From an uncultured Alphaproteobacteria bacterium (GTDB lineage Bacteria > Pseudomonadota > Alphaproteobacteria > UBA8366 > GCA-2717185): a stretch of DNA of 64,000 nt. Below, in pieces: positions 28,284 through 39,115 of the stretch. A model generated the notes under the pieces. The model had not been told where the DNA came from. It searched no databases and saw only the letters and a program-made list of their open reading frames with translations. The position numbers were made by a program, and so were the translations under genes. Numbering within the stretch: position 1 is the stretch's first letter; each line of letters starts with the position of its first letter. The DNA lies in the NCBI GenBank assembly GCA_943788635.1, contig CALSRA010000028.1, forward strand, positions 38,520 to 102,519, in the 5' to 3' direction.

Positions 28284-29137
28284 GGGGCGAGCGGGTACAG
28301 ATGCAGATGGTGCATGGTCGTGATCTCGGGCTGGTTAAAGTCGATCAGGGGCAGTTGGATCAGGTCGTCATCAATTTGGCGGTCAACGCCAGGGACGCAA
28401 TGGCATCGGCGGGCGGAGAGCTCACTATTGCAACCGACAGGGTGACGGTTACTTCGCCGTTGCGGGCGCATGGTGAAGTGGTGGCACAGGGAGATTATGT
28501 AACGATCTCCGTGCGCGATACGGGGGCTGGAATCAAGCCGGACAATCTTGAGCGAATATTCGACCCATTCTTTACTACGGTCGGGGCTGGTACGGGGTTG
28601 GGACTGTCCACCGTTTATGGAATTGTAAAATAGACCGGCGGTTATATTCTCGTCGAAAGTGGTGGAGAGAATAAGGGGACGACGTTTACCGTCTTCCTGA
28701 AACGGTTTGATCTGCCGGAGAATGAAGAGGTCGCGCTCACCGAAGATAACGACCAGCCGAAAGATGTCACAGGCGGTGGTACCGTTTTCCTCGTTGAGGA
28801 TGAAGACCCCGTGCGCTTGTTCGGGGCGCGGGCGCTGCGTAGCAAGGGGTATAAGGTTATAGAGGCCCGTAATGGTGAAGCCGCTCTAGAGCTGATGGAA
28901 AGCGAGCAATTCGACTTGCTTATCACGGACATGGTAATGCCGAAGGTGGATGGCGCCGCCGTCATCCGGGAAGCCCGTCGTGTTAGGGGGAATATTCCCG
29001 TTATCTGTATCTCTGGCTATACGGAAGAATCTATCCTTCGAGAAGTGGAGGCAATTGACAATGTATCGTTTCTGCCAAAGCCATTTAGTTTGCAGCAACT
29101 CGCTGGCAAGGTAAAAGAGGCAATGGAGTCAAAGTGA
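28284..29137 (+). pseudogene. hybrid sensor histidine kinase remnant (HATPase_c + REC), 5'-truncated by IS21 copy B and carrying an in-frame TAG
   Basis: It has the N-box ...QVVINLAVNARDAM and the G-boxes DTGAGI and GTGLGLSTVYGIVK. TAG at 28631-28633 is followed by TGGYILVESGGENKGTTFTVFL, where the family has VKQ-GG. A REC domain follows (TVFLVEDEDPVRLF...LLITDMVMPKVDG...LPKPF). There is no HisKA or sensor part. Confidence 0.8.
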
Positions 29138-29173
29138 TGTGCCATTTTATAACTATTTTGAAAGAAGTATAGA

Positions 29174-29335
29174 ATGGGAGCGATTGTATATTTGGCTGCT
29201 CTTATGGCGATAGTGGTGATTGGTCATTGGACATTAAAGAATGATCGGCGTGTGCAAGAAGGTAAAAAGACCATAGGGATTCTTGCAATGAAAGAGTTTG
29301 ATGATGATGATAATGACGAGGATAAAAAAATCTGA
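29174..29335 (+). CDS. possible small membrane protein (53 aa)
   Basis: The ATG at 29174 gives MGAIVYLAALMAIVVIGHWTLKND...DDDDNDEDKKI*. It is one TM helix plus an acidic tail, in an AT-rich spacer. There is no homology evidence, and it is too short for the ORF track. Confidence 0.2.
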   Translation: MGAIVYLAALMAIVVIGHWTLKNDRRVQEGKKTIGILAMKEFDDDDNDEDKKI

Positions 29336-29419
29336 ACTAAGCCGTGAAATAGATCTCTACATGCCAATTACCTCTATTTAAAAACAGAATAAATTTCGCT
29401 TTCGGATATTAATTATACG

Positions 29420-30739
29420 ATGCGCAGCACATTATTATTAATCGTCCTTGCTGGATTTATTCCAGTGTCATGGATTCACCCCTTCATTGGTGTCCTGGTC
29501 TGGAGCTGGTTGACGTTCATGAATCCTCACCAGGTGGTTTGGGGCTTGGCGACTGAATTGCGGCTAAATCTGGTCATTTCTATAGTGACAGTTCTCGGTT
29601 TTCTTATATCACGCGAAAATAAATCCTTACCATCCAATCTGACTGTATTTTTGCTTTTTATATTCGCTTTTATCTGGATCATTTCAACACAAATGGCCAT
29701 GGCACCAGAGCTTGCGGATGACCTTTTGGTGCGGCACCTTAAGACGTTCGCCCTCCTGCTTATGGTGATGTTCCTTGCAAACAATAGAGTACGGCTGCAT
29801 GCACTTGTTTTTGTTATGGTGTTGTCGATTGGATATTTTGGTGTGTACGGGGGGATAGTCGGTATTATTACTGGCGGGAATAGCCATTTTTCCGGTCCAC
29901 CGAACTCAATGATTGCCGATAATAATCATCTCGCTCTCGCGATTGTCGTTACCTTGCCGCTTGCTAATTACCTGCGGATGTACTCGAAAAATAAGGCTGT
30001 AAAATTTACTCTGATCGCCGCTATGGGATTGGGTGTTATTGCAGTCTTGAGTACATATTCTCGTGGTGGTTTTTTAGGCCTTATGACGATGGGCGCGCTG
30101 TTTTGGTGGAAGAGCAAGAGAAAGTTGCTAACGCTGATTGTCGGCGCAGCGATTGTTATTCCGGCCATTCAGCTTATGCCAGAAAAGTGGTGGTCCCGCA
30201 TGGACACGATCGAAAATGCGGCAGATGAAGATCGTTCGTTTCAGGAGCGCGTGGGCTCATGGGAAACAGCTTTTAATCTCGCCGTAAGCAATCCAATTTT
30301 CGGTGGTGGCTTCAGTGCGACGCAATCTCGTCGTGTTTATCAGCAATACAAGGCATATGGTGACCCAACAGGTTCTCGGGCCGCACATAGTATTTATTTC
30401 CAGGTTATGGGGGATTTGGGTTTTGTTGGCCTGTTTGTCTTTTTGCTGATTTTGTTTACAAGCTGGCGAAATTCAGTCGCTATTATAAGGGGAGCGCAAC
30501 GCCATAAATCGTTGAGTTGGGCTGAAGACTTAGCGAAAATGCTGCAAGTTAGCATGGCAGGATATATCGTTGCCGGCGCAGCCCTCAGCTTGGCATACTA
30601 TGACCTGACCCTGACAATGATTGTCATGCTGATTAACCTTCGTGTTCTGGTCGAAAAAGAAAATGCGCTGAGGGTACATGACGGCACGGCGGTTATCGCA
30701 CCCGCATCCCCAGCCACACTGAGTAGGTTTGAACGTTGA
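29420..30739 (+). CDS. O-antigen ligase / Wzy-like polytopic membrane protein (resembles exosortase-associated O-glycosylation ligases)
   Basis: The protein is 439 aa with at least 10 predicted TM segments. It has N-terminal ...HPFIGVLVWSWLTFMNPHQ and the loop ...TYSRGGFLGL.... The gene is visibly more AT-rich than its surroundings. Confidence 0.6.
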   Translation: MRSTLLLIVLAGFIPVSWIHPFIGVLVWSWLTFMNPHQVVWGLATELRLNLVISIVTVLGFLISRENKSLPSNLTVFLLFIFAFIWIISTQMAMAPELADDLLVRHLKTFALLLMVMFLANNRVRLHALVFVMVLSIGYFGVYGGIVGIITGGNSHFSGPPNSMIADNNHLALAIVVTLPLANYLRMYSKNKAVKFTLIAAMGLGVIAVLSTYSRGGFLGLMTMGALFWWKSKRKLLTLIVGAAIVIPAIQLMPEKWWSRMDTIENAADEDRSFQERVGSWETAFNLAVSNPIFGGGFSATQSRRVYQQYKAYGDPTGSRAAHSIYFQVMGDLGFVGLFVFLLILFTSWRNSVAIIRGAQRHKSLSWAEDLAKMLQVSMAGYIVAGAALSLAYYDLTLTMIVMLINLRVLVEKENALRVHDGTAVIAPASPATLSRFER

Positions 30740-30752
30740 GTATTTCTGACTG

Positions 30753-31946
30753 ATGAAGCCACTTGAAGGAATTCGTGTCCTCGATATAGCGACCTATATC
30801 GCGGCACCTTACTGCGCAACGATCATGGCCGAATTCGGTGCGGAAGTTATCAAGGTCGAGATGCCTGGCGTGGGTGACCCGTGTCGCAGATTGGGAACTG
30901 TCAGCGATGCCGGTGATACACTTATCTGGCTTAGCGAGGCCCGCAACAAGAAGTCAGTGACGCTGAACCTGAAGGACCCCGAAGGGCAGGCAATACTGAA
31001 GGACCTTGTCGGGAAATCTGACGTCCTGTGCGAAAATTTTCGGCCAGGGACTCTGGAAAAATGGAATTTGGGCTGGGATGTTCTTCACGCCCTGAAACCG
31101 GAACTGGTGATGCTGCGTGTGTCAGGTTATGGGCAGACCGGGCCTTATGCCAACAAGCCCGGTTTTGGCCGGATCGGCAATGCATTCGGCGGCCTTTCTT
31201 TTCTGGCGGGCGATCCGGATCGTCCGCCTGCGACGCCGGGTTCCGCAACATTGGCCGATTACATGTCTGGTCTGTATGGCGCGCTGGGCGTCATGATGGC
31301 GCTGCGTTCGGCAGAGGCGACAGGCGTTGGTCAGCAGGTCGATGTCGGATTATATGAGCCAATTTTCCGTATTCTGGATGAGCTGGCGCCGGCTTTCGAC
31401 AAGTACGACTTTATCCGACAGCGTATGGGAGCGGCGACGGTCAACGTTTGTCCTCACAGCCATTATCCGACCAAAGATGACAGATGGGTGGCGATCGCCT
31501 GTACAAACGACAAAATTTTCGGCCGATTGGCGGGGCTGATGGGATGCCCTGAAGTCGCGGGTGATGGTCGCTATGGCACGATACAGCAGCGCGATGTGGA
31601 CCGTACCGGCGTGGACGGTATGGTGACGGATTGGACGCGACAATTTGATCAGGAAAAGGTCGTGGAGCTCTGTGCTGAAGCGGAAGTTCCCTGTGGAATT
31701 GTCGCAGCCATCGACGAAATCTTCGACAATCCGCAATATGCGGCGCGGGAGAATATTGTGCGTGTGGCCGACGAGCGGATTGGCGACCTTGCGGTGCCGA
31801 ATGTTGTACCGCGCCTGAGCGAAACACCGGGTTCGGTGGATTCATTAGGCCCGGCGCTGGGCGCGAACAATGCAGAGGTGTACGGCGACCTGCTTGGATT
31901 GTCTAAAGCCGACCTCGACGCTCTCGCGGGAAAGGGCGTGATCTGA
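30753..31946 (+). CDS. family III CoA-transferase (CaiB/BaiF type)
   Basis: The protein is 397 aa. MKPLEGIRVLDIATYIAAPYCATIMAEFGAEVIKVE is the characteristic N-terminus. Confidence 0.8.
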   Translation: MKPLEGIRVLDIATYIAAPYCATIMAEFGAEVIKVEMPGVGDPCRRLGTVSDAGDTLIWLSEARNKKSVTLNLKDPEGQAILKDLVGKSDVLCENFRPGTLEKWNLGWDVLHALKPELVMLRVSGYGQTGPYANKPGFGRIGNAFGGLSFLAGDPDRPPATPGSATLADYMSGLYGALGVMMALRSAEATGVGQQVDVGLYEPIFRILDELAPAFDKYDFIRQRMGAATVNVCPHSHYPTKDDRWVAIACTNDKIFGRLAGLMGCPEVAGDGRYGTIQQRDVDRTGVDGMVTDWTRQFDQEKVVELCAEAEVPCGIVAAIDEIFDNPQYAARENIVRVADERIGDLAVPNVVPRLSETPGSVDSLGPALGANNAEVYGDLLGLSKADLDALAGKGVI

Positions 31947-31971
31947 CAGCGATTTCGTCGGAATCGCTGTC
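31945..31971. terminator. hairpin terminator between convergent genes
   Basis: GACAGCGATT-tcgtcgg-AATCGCTGTC forms a perfect 10-bp stem that starts at the last bases of the CoA-transferase gene. A T-rich tract follows a few nt later. Confidence 0.45.
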
Positions 31972-31995
31972 GGTAGTTCGTTTTCTAAAACAGCC

Positions 31996-32277
31996 TCAAT
32001 CAGAGGCTCGCTTTGCTGCAGCCTCTTTTTCCGCCATTTGCGCCTTTAGCTGTTCAGGGGTCAGACGAACGATATCGGCATTCTGATGACTGAAAATATC
32101 ATAGGCCTGCGTTTCGAGATCATCGAGGACGACACGTCCGGATAGAACGTTATCTTTCCAGACAGCGTGATCCGATTCCATGGCATGGAATTCGGGCATG
32201 ACTTCCTTAGCGAACATTGTCAGGCTATCGCAAATATCCTTGTGTGAGGTTTTACCGGCTTGATTCAGCAGTATTAC
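31996..32277 (-). pseudogene. luciferase-like (LLM-class) flavin monooxygenase, C-terminal ~94 codons only; 5' part removed at the IS-C junction
   Basis: ...VILLNQAGKTSHKDICDSLTMFAKEVMPEFH... is a typical LLM C-terminal region. The tracked ORF 31996..32352 takes its first ~25 codons from IS-C terminal sequence. Confidence 0.55.
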
Positions 32278-32367
32278 TGAGAACGGCAGTGCAAAAGTTG
32301 GCCACGGAAGTGGCGTGATAATCTCGCTGCGGGCAGCGTAAAATGTTGCCACTTTGGCCCTTTCTGG

Positions 32368-33885
32368 TTGCAGGGAGGGCGGGAGATTTTAGTCGTGGAT
32401 TTGTATTTGAAGGTTCGCCTTGCGCGTCGAGGTGGCATGAGCGAACGGTCGGCAGCAGGCCATTTCGGGATTTCGCGCGCGAGCGTAAAGAAGATGATGA
32501 GCTTTTCGGTCCCGCCCGGATATCAACGAACGGCTGAGATCAAGCGGCCCAAACTTGATGGCTTTACCGGCTTCATCGACCAATGGCTGCTGGAAGACCT
32601 CAGCCGGAACCGCAAGCAACGACATACCGCCAAGCGTGTTTTTGAGCGGCTACGGGACGAGCACGGCTTCGAGGGCGGCTACACGACGGTCAAGAATTAT
32701 GTCCGTGAACATGGCCGGCGCAGCCGGGAGATGTTTGTTCCGCTTGCCCATGCCCCCGGCCATGCCCAAGCGGATTTTGGCGAGGCGATGGTTGTGATCG
32801 GCGGTGTCGAACAAAAGGCGCATTTCTTTGCGCTGGACCTGCCCTACAGCGATGCCTGCTTTGTGCGGGCTTATCCTGCGGCAGTATCCGAGGCTTGGGT
32901 CGACGGCCATGTCCACGCCTTTGCCTTCTTTGGCCGTGTCCCGCAGTCAGTTCTCTACGATAACGACCGGTGCCTTGTTGCGAAGATCCTGCCGGACGGA
33001 TCGCGCAAGCGGACCAGACTGTTCAGCGGGTTCCTGTCTCATTACTTCATCCAGGATCGGTATGGTCGCCCGGGCAAGGGCAACGATAAAGGCGCTGTCG
33101 AGGGTCTGGTCGGATATGCCCGGCGCAACTTCATGGTGCCCATCCCTCATTTTGCCACGTGGGAGGCGTTCAATCTTTGGCTGGAAGCGCAATGCCGCAA
33201 GCGTCAATCAGATGTCTTGCGCGGGCATGGCGACAGCATCGGGCAGCGCCTCGCCCGCGATCTTGACGCTATGATGGATCTGCCCGCGTGCCCGTTTGAC
33301 GCCTGCGATCAGGCCACCGGCCAGGTGAACTCGCAATCCTTGGTGCGCTACAAAACCAACGATTATTCGGTTCCTGTCGCCTACGGGCACCGCGATGTCT
33401 GGCTTCGCGGCTATGTCGATCAGGTGGTCATTGGCTGTGGCGGTGATGTCATCGCCCGCCACCCCCGGTGTTGGGATCGCGAAGACATGGTCTTTGACCC
33501 GGTGCATTATCTACCCCTTTTGGAGCAGAAGGTGGGTGCCCTTGATCAGGCGGCCCCATTGGCGGCGTGGGATCTGCCCGAAGAGTTTGCAACCCTGCGC
33601 CGTCTGATGGAAGCCCGGATGATTAAGGCGGGGCGGCGTGAGTATGTGCAGGTCTTGCGGCTCTTGGAGACATTCGAGATGGCAGACCTGCAGGTTGCCG
33701 TCAAAAACGCACTTCGCATGGGGGCCATTGGGTTTGACGCCGTCAAACACCTCGTGCTGTGCCAGGTCGAGAAGCGGCCGCCCAAGCTGGATCTGGATGT
33801 CTATCCCTATCTGCCAAAGGCCAATGTCGGCACGACGTCGGCGGCCAGCTATATGTCCCTGATGAAGCGGGGGCAGGCAGCATGA
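32368..33885 (+). CDS. istA: IS21-family transposase IstA of IS-C
   Basis: The protein is 505 aa. It is clearly related to the 517-aa IstA of the other IS but distinct from it. Confidence 0.9.
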   Translation: MQGGREILVVDLYLKVRLARRGGMSERSAAGHFGISRASVKKMMSFSVPPGYQRTAEIKRPKLDGFTGFIDQWLLEDLSRNRKQRHTAKRVFERLRDEHGFEGGYTTVKNYVREHGRRSREMFVPLAHAPGHAQADFGEAMVVIGGVEQKAHFFALDLPYSDACFVRAYPAAVSEAWVDGHVHAFAFFGRVPQSVLYDNDRCLVAKILPDGSRKRTRLFSGFLSHYFIQDRYGRPGKGNDKGAVEGLVGYARRNFMVPIPHFATWEAFNLWLEAQCRKRQSDVLRGHGDSIGQRLARDLDAMMDLPACPFDACDQATGQVNSQSLVRYKTNDYSVPVAYGHRDVWLRGYVDQVVIGCGGDVIARHPRCWDREDMVFDPVHYLPLLEQKVGALDQAAPLAAWDLPEEFATLRRLMEARMIKAGRREYVQVLRLLETFEMADLQVAVKNALRMGAIGFDAVKHLVLCQVEKRPPKLDLDVYPYLPKANVGTTSAASYMSLMKRGQAA

Positions 33886-34640
33886 GCGGCGCTCACCAAA
33901 TCCTTCTGAACCACCGCCTCAAATCGCTGCGGCTGCCGACCGTTCTGCGGGAATACAGCAAACTGGCCAAGCAAGCCGCAGCCGAGGGACTGGACCATGT
34001 GCAATTCCTTGCACGTCTGATCGAACTGGAGATGATTGACCGGGAACGCAGGATGATCGAGCGCAGGATCAAAGCCGCAAAGTTCCCAGCCGTCAAAAGC
34101 CTGGACAGCTTCGACTTCAAGGCGATCCCCGCCCTGAACAAGATGCAGGTGCTGGAGTTGGCGCGTTGCGAATGGATCGAACGGCGCGAGAATGTCATCG
34201 CGCTTGGGCCTTCAGGCACCGGCAAGACCCATGTCGCCTTGGGCCTTGGCCTGTCAGCATGCCAGAAAGGCCTGTCCGTTGGATTTGTCACCGCCGCCGC
34301 ACTCGTCCATGAGTTGATGGAGGCGAGGGATGAACGCAGGCTGCTGCGGCTGCAAAAGCAAATGGTCAGCCACAAGCTGCTGATTATCGACGAATTGGGC
34401 TTCGTGCCGCTCAGCAAAACCGGAGCTGAGCTGCTGTTTGAGCTGATCTCGCAACGCTATGAGCGCGGCTCCACGCTGATCACCAGCAACCTGCCCTTCG
34501 ATGAATGGACTGAAACCTTCGGGTCTGAACGCCTCACCGGTGCCTTGCTGGATCGATTGACCCACCATGTGAACATCCTTGAGATGAACGGCGAAAGCTA
34601 CCGCCTAGGCCAGAGCAAGGCCCGCCAAGACAAGGCCTGA
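33882..34640 (+). CDS. istB: IS21-family helper IstB of IS-C
   Basis: The start MSGAHQILLNHRLKSLRLP overlaps the istA stop (ATGA). It has Walker A GPSGTGKTH and Walker B LLIIDELG. Confidence 0.9.
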   Translation: MSGAHQILLNHRLKSLRLPTVLREYSKLAKQAAAEGLDHVQFLARLIELEMIDRERRMIERRIKAAKFPAVKSLDSFDFKAIPALNKMQVLELARCEWIERRENVIALGPSGTGKTHVALGLGLSACQKGLSVGFVTAAALVHELMEARDERRLLRLQKQMVSHKLLIIDELGFVPLSKTGAELLFELISQRYERGSTLITSNLPFDEWTETFGSERLTGALLDRLTHHVNILEMNGESYRLGQSKARQDKA

Positions 34641-34818
34641 CCCCACACCCACATCGCAAGCAGTTGGCCCTCACGGGCCAAAGCATCCGGGCAACCGCCA
34701 GCTCTGTGATAAGCGCGGTCGCCCGGATGCTCGCGCACGCTTATGCGGCAATCGCGCTCACCCCAAAGTGGCAACATTTTGTGCTGCCCTTTGGCTCACT
34801 TTTACTCTGCCGTTGACA

Positions 34819-35798
34819 GCGTCAACGTCGATACGGAGGAGGAATTCCAATGGGCCAAGACTTTTTCCAAGGAAAATACGTCCACACGGGCTTCCAGATA
34901 TTTGCATCTCGGTCAGGATATATTCAAAAAATATGAATTGAAACCGACCTATCTTATTGATTATCCGATCACAAATGATGAATACGCGGCAGAGTTGTTA
35001 GGCGATTGGTCGCGGTCTGGTGAGTGTCTGGTTGGTGCGCAATTACATCCGTGGGTGAACCCGCCTTACGAAGAAGTCGTCTGTGTACAGAACAGTTATC
35101 CCTGTAATTTGCCCCTGAATCTGGAGAAGCGAAAACTCGAAGTATTGACGCAGGCAATAACTGAAGCAATCGGGACGGCACCAAGGATTTACAAGGCGGG
35201 TCGATACGGGATCGATATTCGGCGAACCGGTATATTGGAATCCCTTGGATACTGTGTGGATACAAGCGTTGTTCCGTATCGCAGTTATGCCGGGGCTGGT
35301 GGGGGAACGGATTTTTATGGATTTCCAAGTCAGCCGTTTTGGATAGAAGAGCAGGACAATGTTTTATTCCTGCCGGTCACCCAGGAATTGGTCGGCCTGC
35401 TGCGTCACATCGGCCGCAAGGGCGGCAGCCGCTATCTGTTCAACAGGCTGTCATCCAAATTTCATCTCCCCGGTTTGTTTTCGCGAATGGGATTGCTGGA
35501 ACGTATCATGCTCTCGCCGGAAGGTCTGAGTGACAAGGATCTTTTGCGCCTGCTGGATTGTATGGTTTCCGATGGACATAAGGTGTTTTGCCTGTCGTTT
35601 CACAGTCCGACCCTGATGACAGGCAGTACGCCATATACGCGCAATTCCGAAGACCTGAATCGGTTTCTTCGCCGTATCGAGATGGTTTTGGATCATTTTT
35701 TTGGCAAACTTGGCGGCGTCGCGACCAACCCGATTGCACTTTACGATTTGTGGAAAGGCAATATGCCGGCCGACATACGGCAAGGGCAGAGCTCTTAA
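34819..35798 (+). pseudogene. polysaccharide deacetylase-family protein (WalW-like), apparently 5'-truncated at the IS-C junction
   Basis: The native sequence begins ...VNVDTEEEFQWAKTF... immediately after the IS end. The upstream codons of tracked ORF 34743..35798 are IS sequence. It contains ...GAQLHPWVNPPYEE...SFHSPTLMTGSTPY.... Confidence 0.5.
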
Positions 35799-35918
35799 TC
35801 CTGAGTGACCCTTTCGAATCCGGGCCTTTGTTCCAGGAGACGGTATTCGTATTGGAGGTTCGGGCCTGGCCCGGCTCCCCTGTGCAGACTGACAGGCGTT
35901 TGGCAGTGAAATAAAAAA

Positions 35919-35951
35919 CAGGGCGGCAGAATGATCTGCCGCCCTGTTCTT
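35919..35951. terminator. bidirectional rho-independent terminator
   Basis: CAGGGCGGCAGA-atga-TCTGCCGCCCTG forms a perfect 12-bp stem flanked by AAAAAA upstream and TTCTT downstream. It lies between the convergent deacetylase remnant and gltA. Confidence 0.8.
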
Positions 35952-35974
35952 ATTCAACAGTAGCCGTGCTGATA

Positions 35975-37294
35975 TCAGCGCTTGTCCATCGGAATGAACG
36001 TGCGGTCGATATGGCCCGTATAAAGCTGCCGCGGACGGGAAATTTTCTGCGACGGATCCTCGATCATTTCCTTCCACTGGGAAATCCAGCCGACGGTCCG
36101 CGCCACAGCGAACAGCACCGTGAACATGGAAGTCGGAAAGCCCAATGCCTTCAAAATGATGCCGGAATAGAAATCGACATTCGGGAACAGCTTGCGCTGG
36201 ATGAAATACTCGTCCTCCAGTGCGATCCGCTCCAGCTCCAAGGCGATATCGAGCAGGGGCTCGTCCTTGATGCCAAGTTCGTCCAGCACGTCATGCGCTG
36301 ATTTCATCAGCACGCGGGCGCGCGGGTCATGGTTCTTGTAGACCCGGTGGCCGAAGCCCATGAGCTTGAAGTTGTCATTCGGGTCCTTGACCCGCTTGAT
36401 GACTTCACCGATGCGATCCTTGCTGCCGATTTCGTTCAGCATGATCAGCACGGCTTCGTTGGCGCCGCCATGTGCCGGGCCCCAAAGCGATGCGATACCG
36501 GCCGCGATGCAGGCGAAAGGATTGGCACCTGACGAACCAGCCGTCCGTACTGTCGATGTGGAAGCATTCTGCTCATGATCAGCATGCAGGATCAGGATCT
36601 TTTCCATCGCATCGGCGACAACGGGGCTGACCTTGTAATCTTCCGCCGGCACAGAGAACATCATGTGCAGGAAGTTTTCCGCATAACCCATGTCGTTGCT
36701 CGGATACACGAAAGGCTGGCCGATGGAGTATTTGTAGGCCATGGCCGCAATGGTCGGCATCTTGGCAACCAGTCGGTGAGTGGCAACCATACGTTGGTGC
36801 GGGTCGTTAATGTCGGTCGAGTCGTGATAGAAGGCGGAAAGTGCCCCCGCAACGCCACACATGATGGCCATGGGGTGCGCATCGCGCCGGAACCCACGAT
36901 AGAAGTTGTGAAGCTGTTCATGCACCATCGTATGATTGGTGATGGTGGTATCGAATTTTGCCTTCTCGGCGGCATTCGGCAGTTCGCCATTGAGCAGCAG
37001 GTAGCAGACTTCAAGGAAGTTGCAATTCGCTGCCAGGTCCTCGATCGCGTAGCCGCGATGCGTCAGGATGCCTTCGTCCCCGTCGATATAGGTGATTTTC
37101 GATTCGCAGGCGCCGGTTGACGTATAGCCCGGATCGTATGTGAAGTGCCCGGTCTGACCGTAAAGGGGGCGTACATCGATTACTTTCGGTCCCACGGTGC
37201 CCGGCATCAGCGGAAAATCGTACGTTTTGCCGGTACTGTGGTCTGTCAGTGTCACATACTCGTTTCCGGATGCACCTTTCGCTTTATCGCTCAT
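35975..37294 (-). CDS. gltA: citrate synthase
   Basis: The start is at the ATG 37294-37292 ([36 protein letters not shown]...). It contains ...[14 protein letters not shown]... and is 439 aa. Confidence 0.92.
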   Translation of the reverse strand: MSDKAKGASGNEYVTLTDHSTGKTYDFPLMPGTVGPKVIDVRPLYGQTGHFTYDPGYTSTGACESKITYIDGDEGILTHRGYAIEDLAANCNFLEVCYLLLNGELPNAAEKAKFDTTITNHTMVHEQLHNFYRGFRRDAHPMAIMCGVAGALSAFYHDSTDINDPHQRMVATHRLVAKMPTIAAMAYKYSIGQPFVYPSNDMGYAENFLHMMFSVPAEDYKVSPVVADAMEKILILHADHEQNASTSTVRTAGSSGANPFACIAAGIASLWGPAHGGANEAVLIMLNEIGSKDRIGEVIKRVKDPNDNFKLMGFGHRVYKNHDPRARVLMKSAHDVLDELGIKDEPLLDIALELERIALEDEYFIQRKLFPNVDFYSGIILKALGFPTSMFTVLFAVARTVGWISQWKEMIEDPSQKISRPRQLYTGHIDRTFIPMDKR

Positions 37295-37561
37295 TGCAGA
37301 CCTTTCTATGCTTCTGATTATACAACGATTGTGTCGCGGGCAGGCATTGAATATCGCGCCGCAGCATTTCCATGTACGGCGCGGCCCCCCTCCGCGTTGC
37401 ACTGCATTATAAAGTGCTATTTGCCGCGGAGCAAACAGCGTGGTTAACAGGACGCCTAATATGACGCGCGATCGATGCGTTTCGGGCGTTTATTCCGAAA
37501 TAGAATAAAGGATCAAGCTATTCCAATTCGTTAACGATCGCTTGCCAATGACGGTTTTTTT

Positions 37562-38980
37562 CTATGCACCAGGGGCGAAGCCCGGAATCCGTGTAAGGCG
37601 CGATAGTGTTTCTTGTTTTCCTAGAATTCGGATGACTTCGAATATTCCGGGGGATGCATTGGATCCTGTCAGTGCCGCCCTTAGTGGTTGCGCAATTTTC
37701 CCCAGGCCGATTTCCCTCGTTTCAGCGAGGTTTCGCGCCGCCTGTTCAAGCGATTCATCGCTCCAATCCTCCAAATTGCCCAGCACCCCTGCGAATTCAC
37801 CAAGGATGGCTGTCCCGTTGGGGTCCAGCAGCTTGGCGGCTTTTGCATTTGCCAGTGGGTATTCGGGCTGAAAGGCATAAAATTTAGCGCTTTCAGTCAG
37901 TTCGACTAAATTTTTTATGCGCTGTGACAGGCTGTTGACGCCCTGTTCCAGCCGGGCCTTTACGGTTTCACGCTGATCTTCGGCAAGCGTATCGCCATAG
38001 CTCTGCAGGATAATATCGGCGAGGACCGATGGGTTCCCGTTGCGCAGATAATGGCTGTTGATGCTGTCCAGTTTTGCAAAGTCAAACCGGGCGGCGGATT
38101 TCCCGACCCCGGCAAGGTCGAACCATTCGGTCGCCTGTTTGGTATCGATAATCTCTTCATCGCCGTGGCTCCAGCCGAGCCGGAGCAGATAGTTGCGGAT
38201 CGCTTCCGGCAGATAACCGATGTCGCGATATGCGTCGACACCCAGCGCGCCATGACGTTTTGACAGTTTCTGCCCGTCGGCGCCGTGAATTAGCGGAATA
38301 TGGGCGAATTCCGGGACGGACCAGCCACAGGCCTGAAACAGCTGGGTTTGGCGAAAGGCGTTTGTCAGGTGGTCATCGCCGCGAATGACATGGGTGATGG
38401 CCATATCATGATCATCGACCACGACGGAGAGCATATAGGTTGGGCTGCCGTCGCTGCGCAGCAGGATCATATCGTCCAACTGACTGTTGGCGACACGGAC
38501 GGTGCCCTGAACCAGGTCCTCGATGACCGTTTCACCATCTTGCGGTGCCTTGAGCCGGATAACCGGTTCTATGCCGGCCGGTGCCTCGGACGGGTCGCGG
38601 TCGCGCCAGCGTCCGTCATACCGGACGGAGCGTCCTTCCTTGCGTGCGGTGTCGCGCATTTCCGTCAATTCTTCAGGCGTGCAGTAGCAGCGATAGGCGT
38701 TGCCGCTTGCCAGCAGGGAATTGGCGATCTCGGTATGTCGCGCCAGATGCTGCGACTGGAAATAGACATCCCCATCCCATTCGAGATCAAGCCATTGCAG
38801 CCCGTCGAGGATGGCATCGACCGCTTCCGGGGTGGACCTTTTGCGGTCGGTATCCTCGATCCGAAGCAGATATTTGCCACCGTGATGCCTGGAGAAAAGC
38901 CAGTTGAACAGCGCCGTTCGCGCACCGCCGATATGGAGGAATCCGGTCGGAGAGGGGGCAAATCGCGTTACGACGGTCAT
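37562..38980 (-). CDS. gltX: glutamate--tRNA ligase
   Basis: The protein is 472 aa. [29 protein letters not shown] is the class I HIGH motif, and ...KLSKRHG... is the KMSKS-type motif. Confidence 0.92.
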   Translation of the reverse strand: MTVVTRFAPSPTGFLHIGGARTALFNWLFSRHHGGKYLLRIEDTDRKRSTPEAVDAILDGLQWLDLEWDGDVYFQSQHLARHTEIANSLLASGNAYRCYCTPEELTEMRDTARKEGRSVRYDGRWRDRDPSEAPAGIEPVIRLKAPQDGETVIEDLVQGTVRVANSQLDDMILLRSDGSPTYMLSVVVDDHDMAITHVIRGDDHLTNAFRQTQLFQACGWSVPEFAHIPLIHGADGQKLSKRHGALGVDAYRDIGYLPEAIRNYLLRLGWSHGDEEIIDTKQATEWFDLAGVGKSAARFDFAKLDSINSHYLRNGNPSVLADIILQSYGDTLAEDQRETVKARLEQGVNSLSQRIKNLVELTESAKFYAFQPEYPLANAKAAKLLDPNGTAILGEFAGVLGNLEDWSDESLEQAARNLAETREIGLGKIAQPLRAALTGSNASPGIFEVIRILGKQETLSRLTRIPGFAPGA

Positions 38981-39115
38981 GGGCGTTCTTTCGGTGTCGG
39001 CGGGTCAGCGCGGTTTAGCACGCAGGCACGTTGGGATCAAAATGCGAATGCTCAAGATGAAAAGGCATGGCGTACAACTTGGGATTGCTGCGATAACCTT
39101 CCTGCGAGGTGATAC

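Larger units (their letters stand above)
32278..34818 (+). mobile_element. second IS21-family insertion sequence (IS-C), full copy, 2541 bp
   Basis: It starts with TGAGAACGGCAGTGCAAAAGTTGGCCAC at 32278 and ends ...TTTTACTCTGCCGTTGACA at 34818. The istA/istB pair is intact. The flanks (..GTATTAC | GCGTCAAC..) show no target duplication. Confidence 0.9.
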
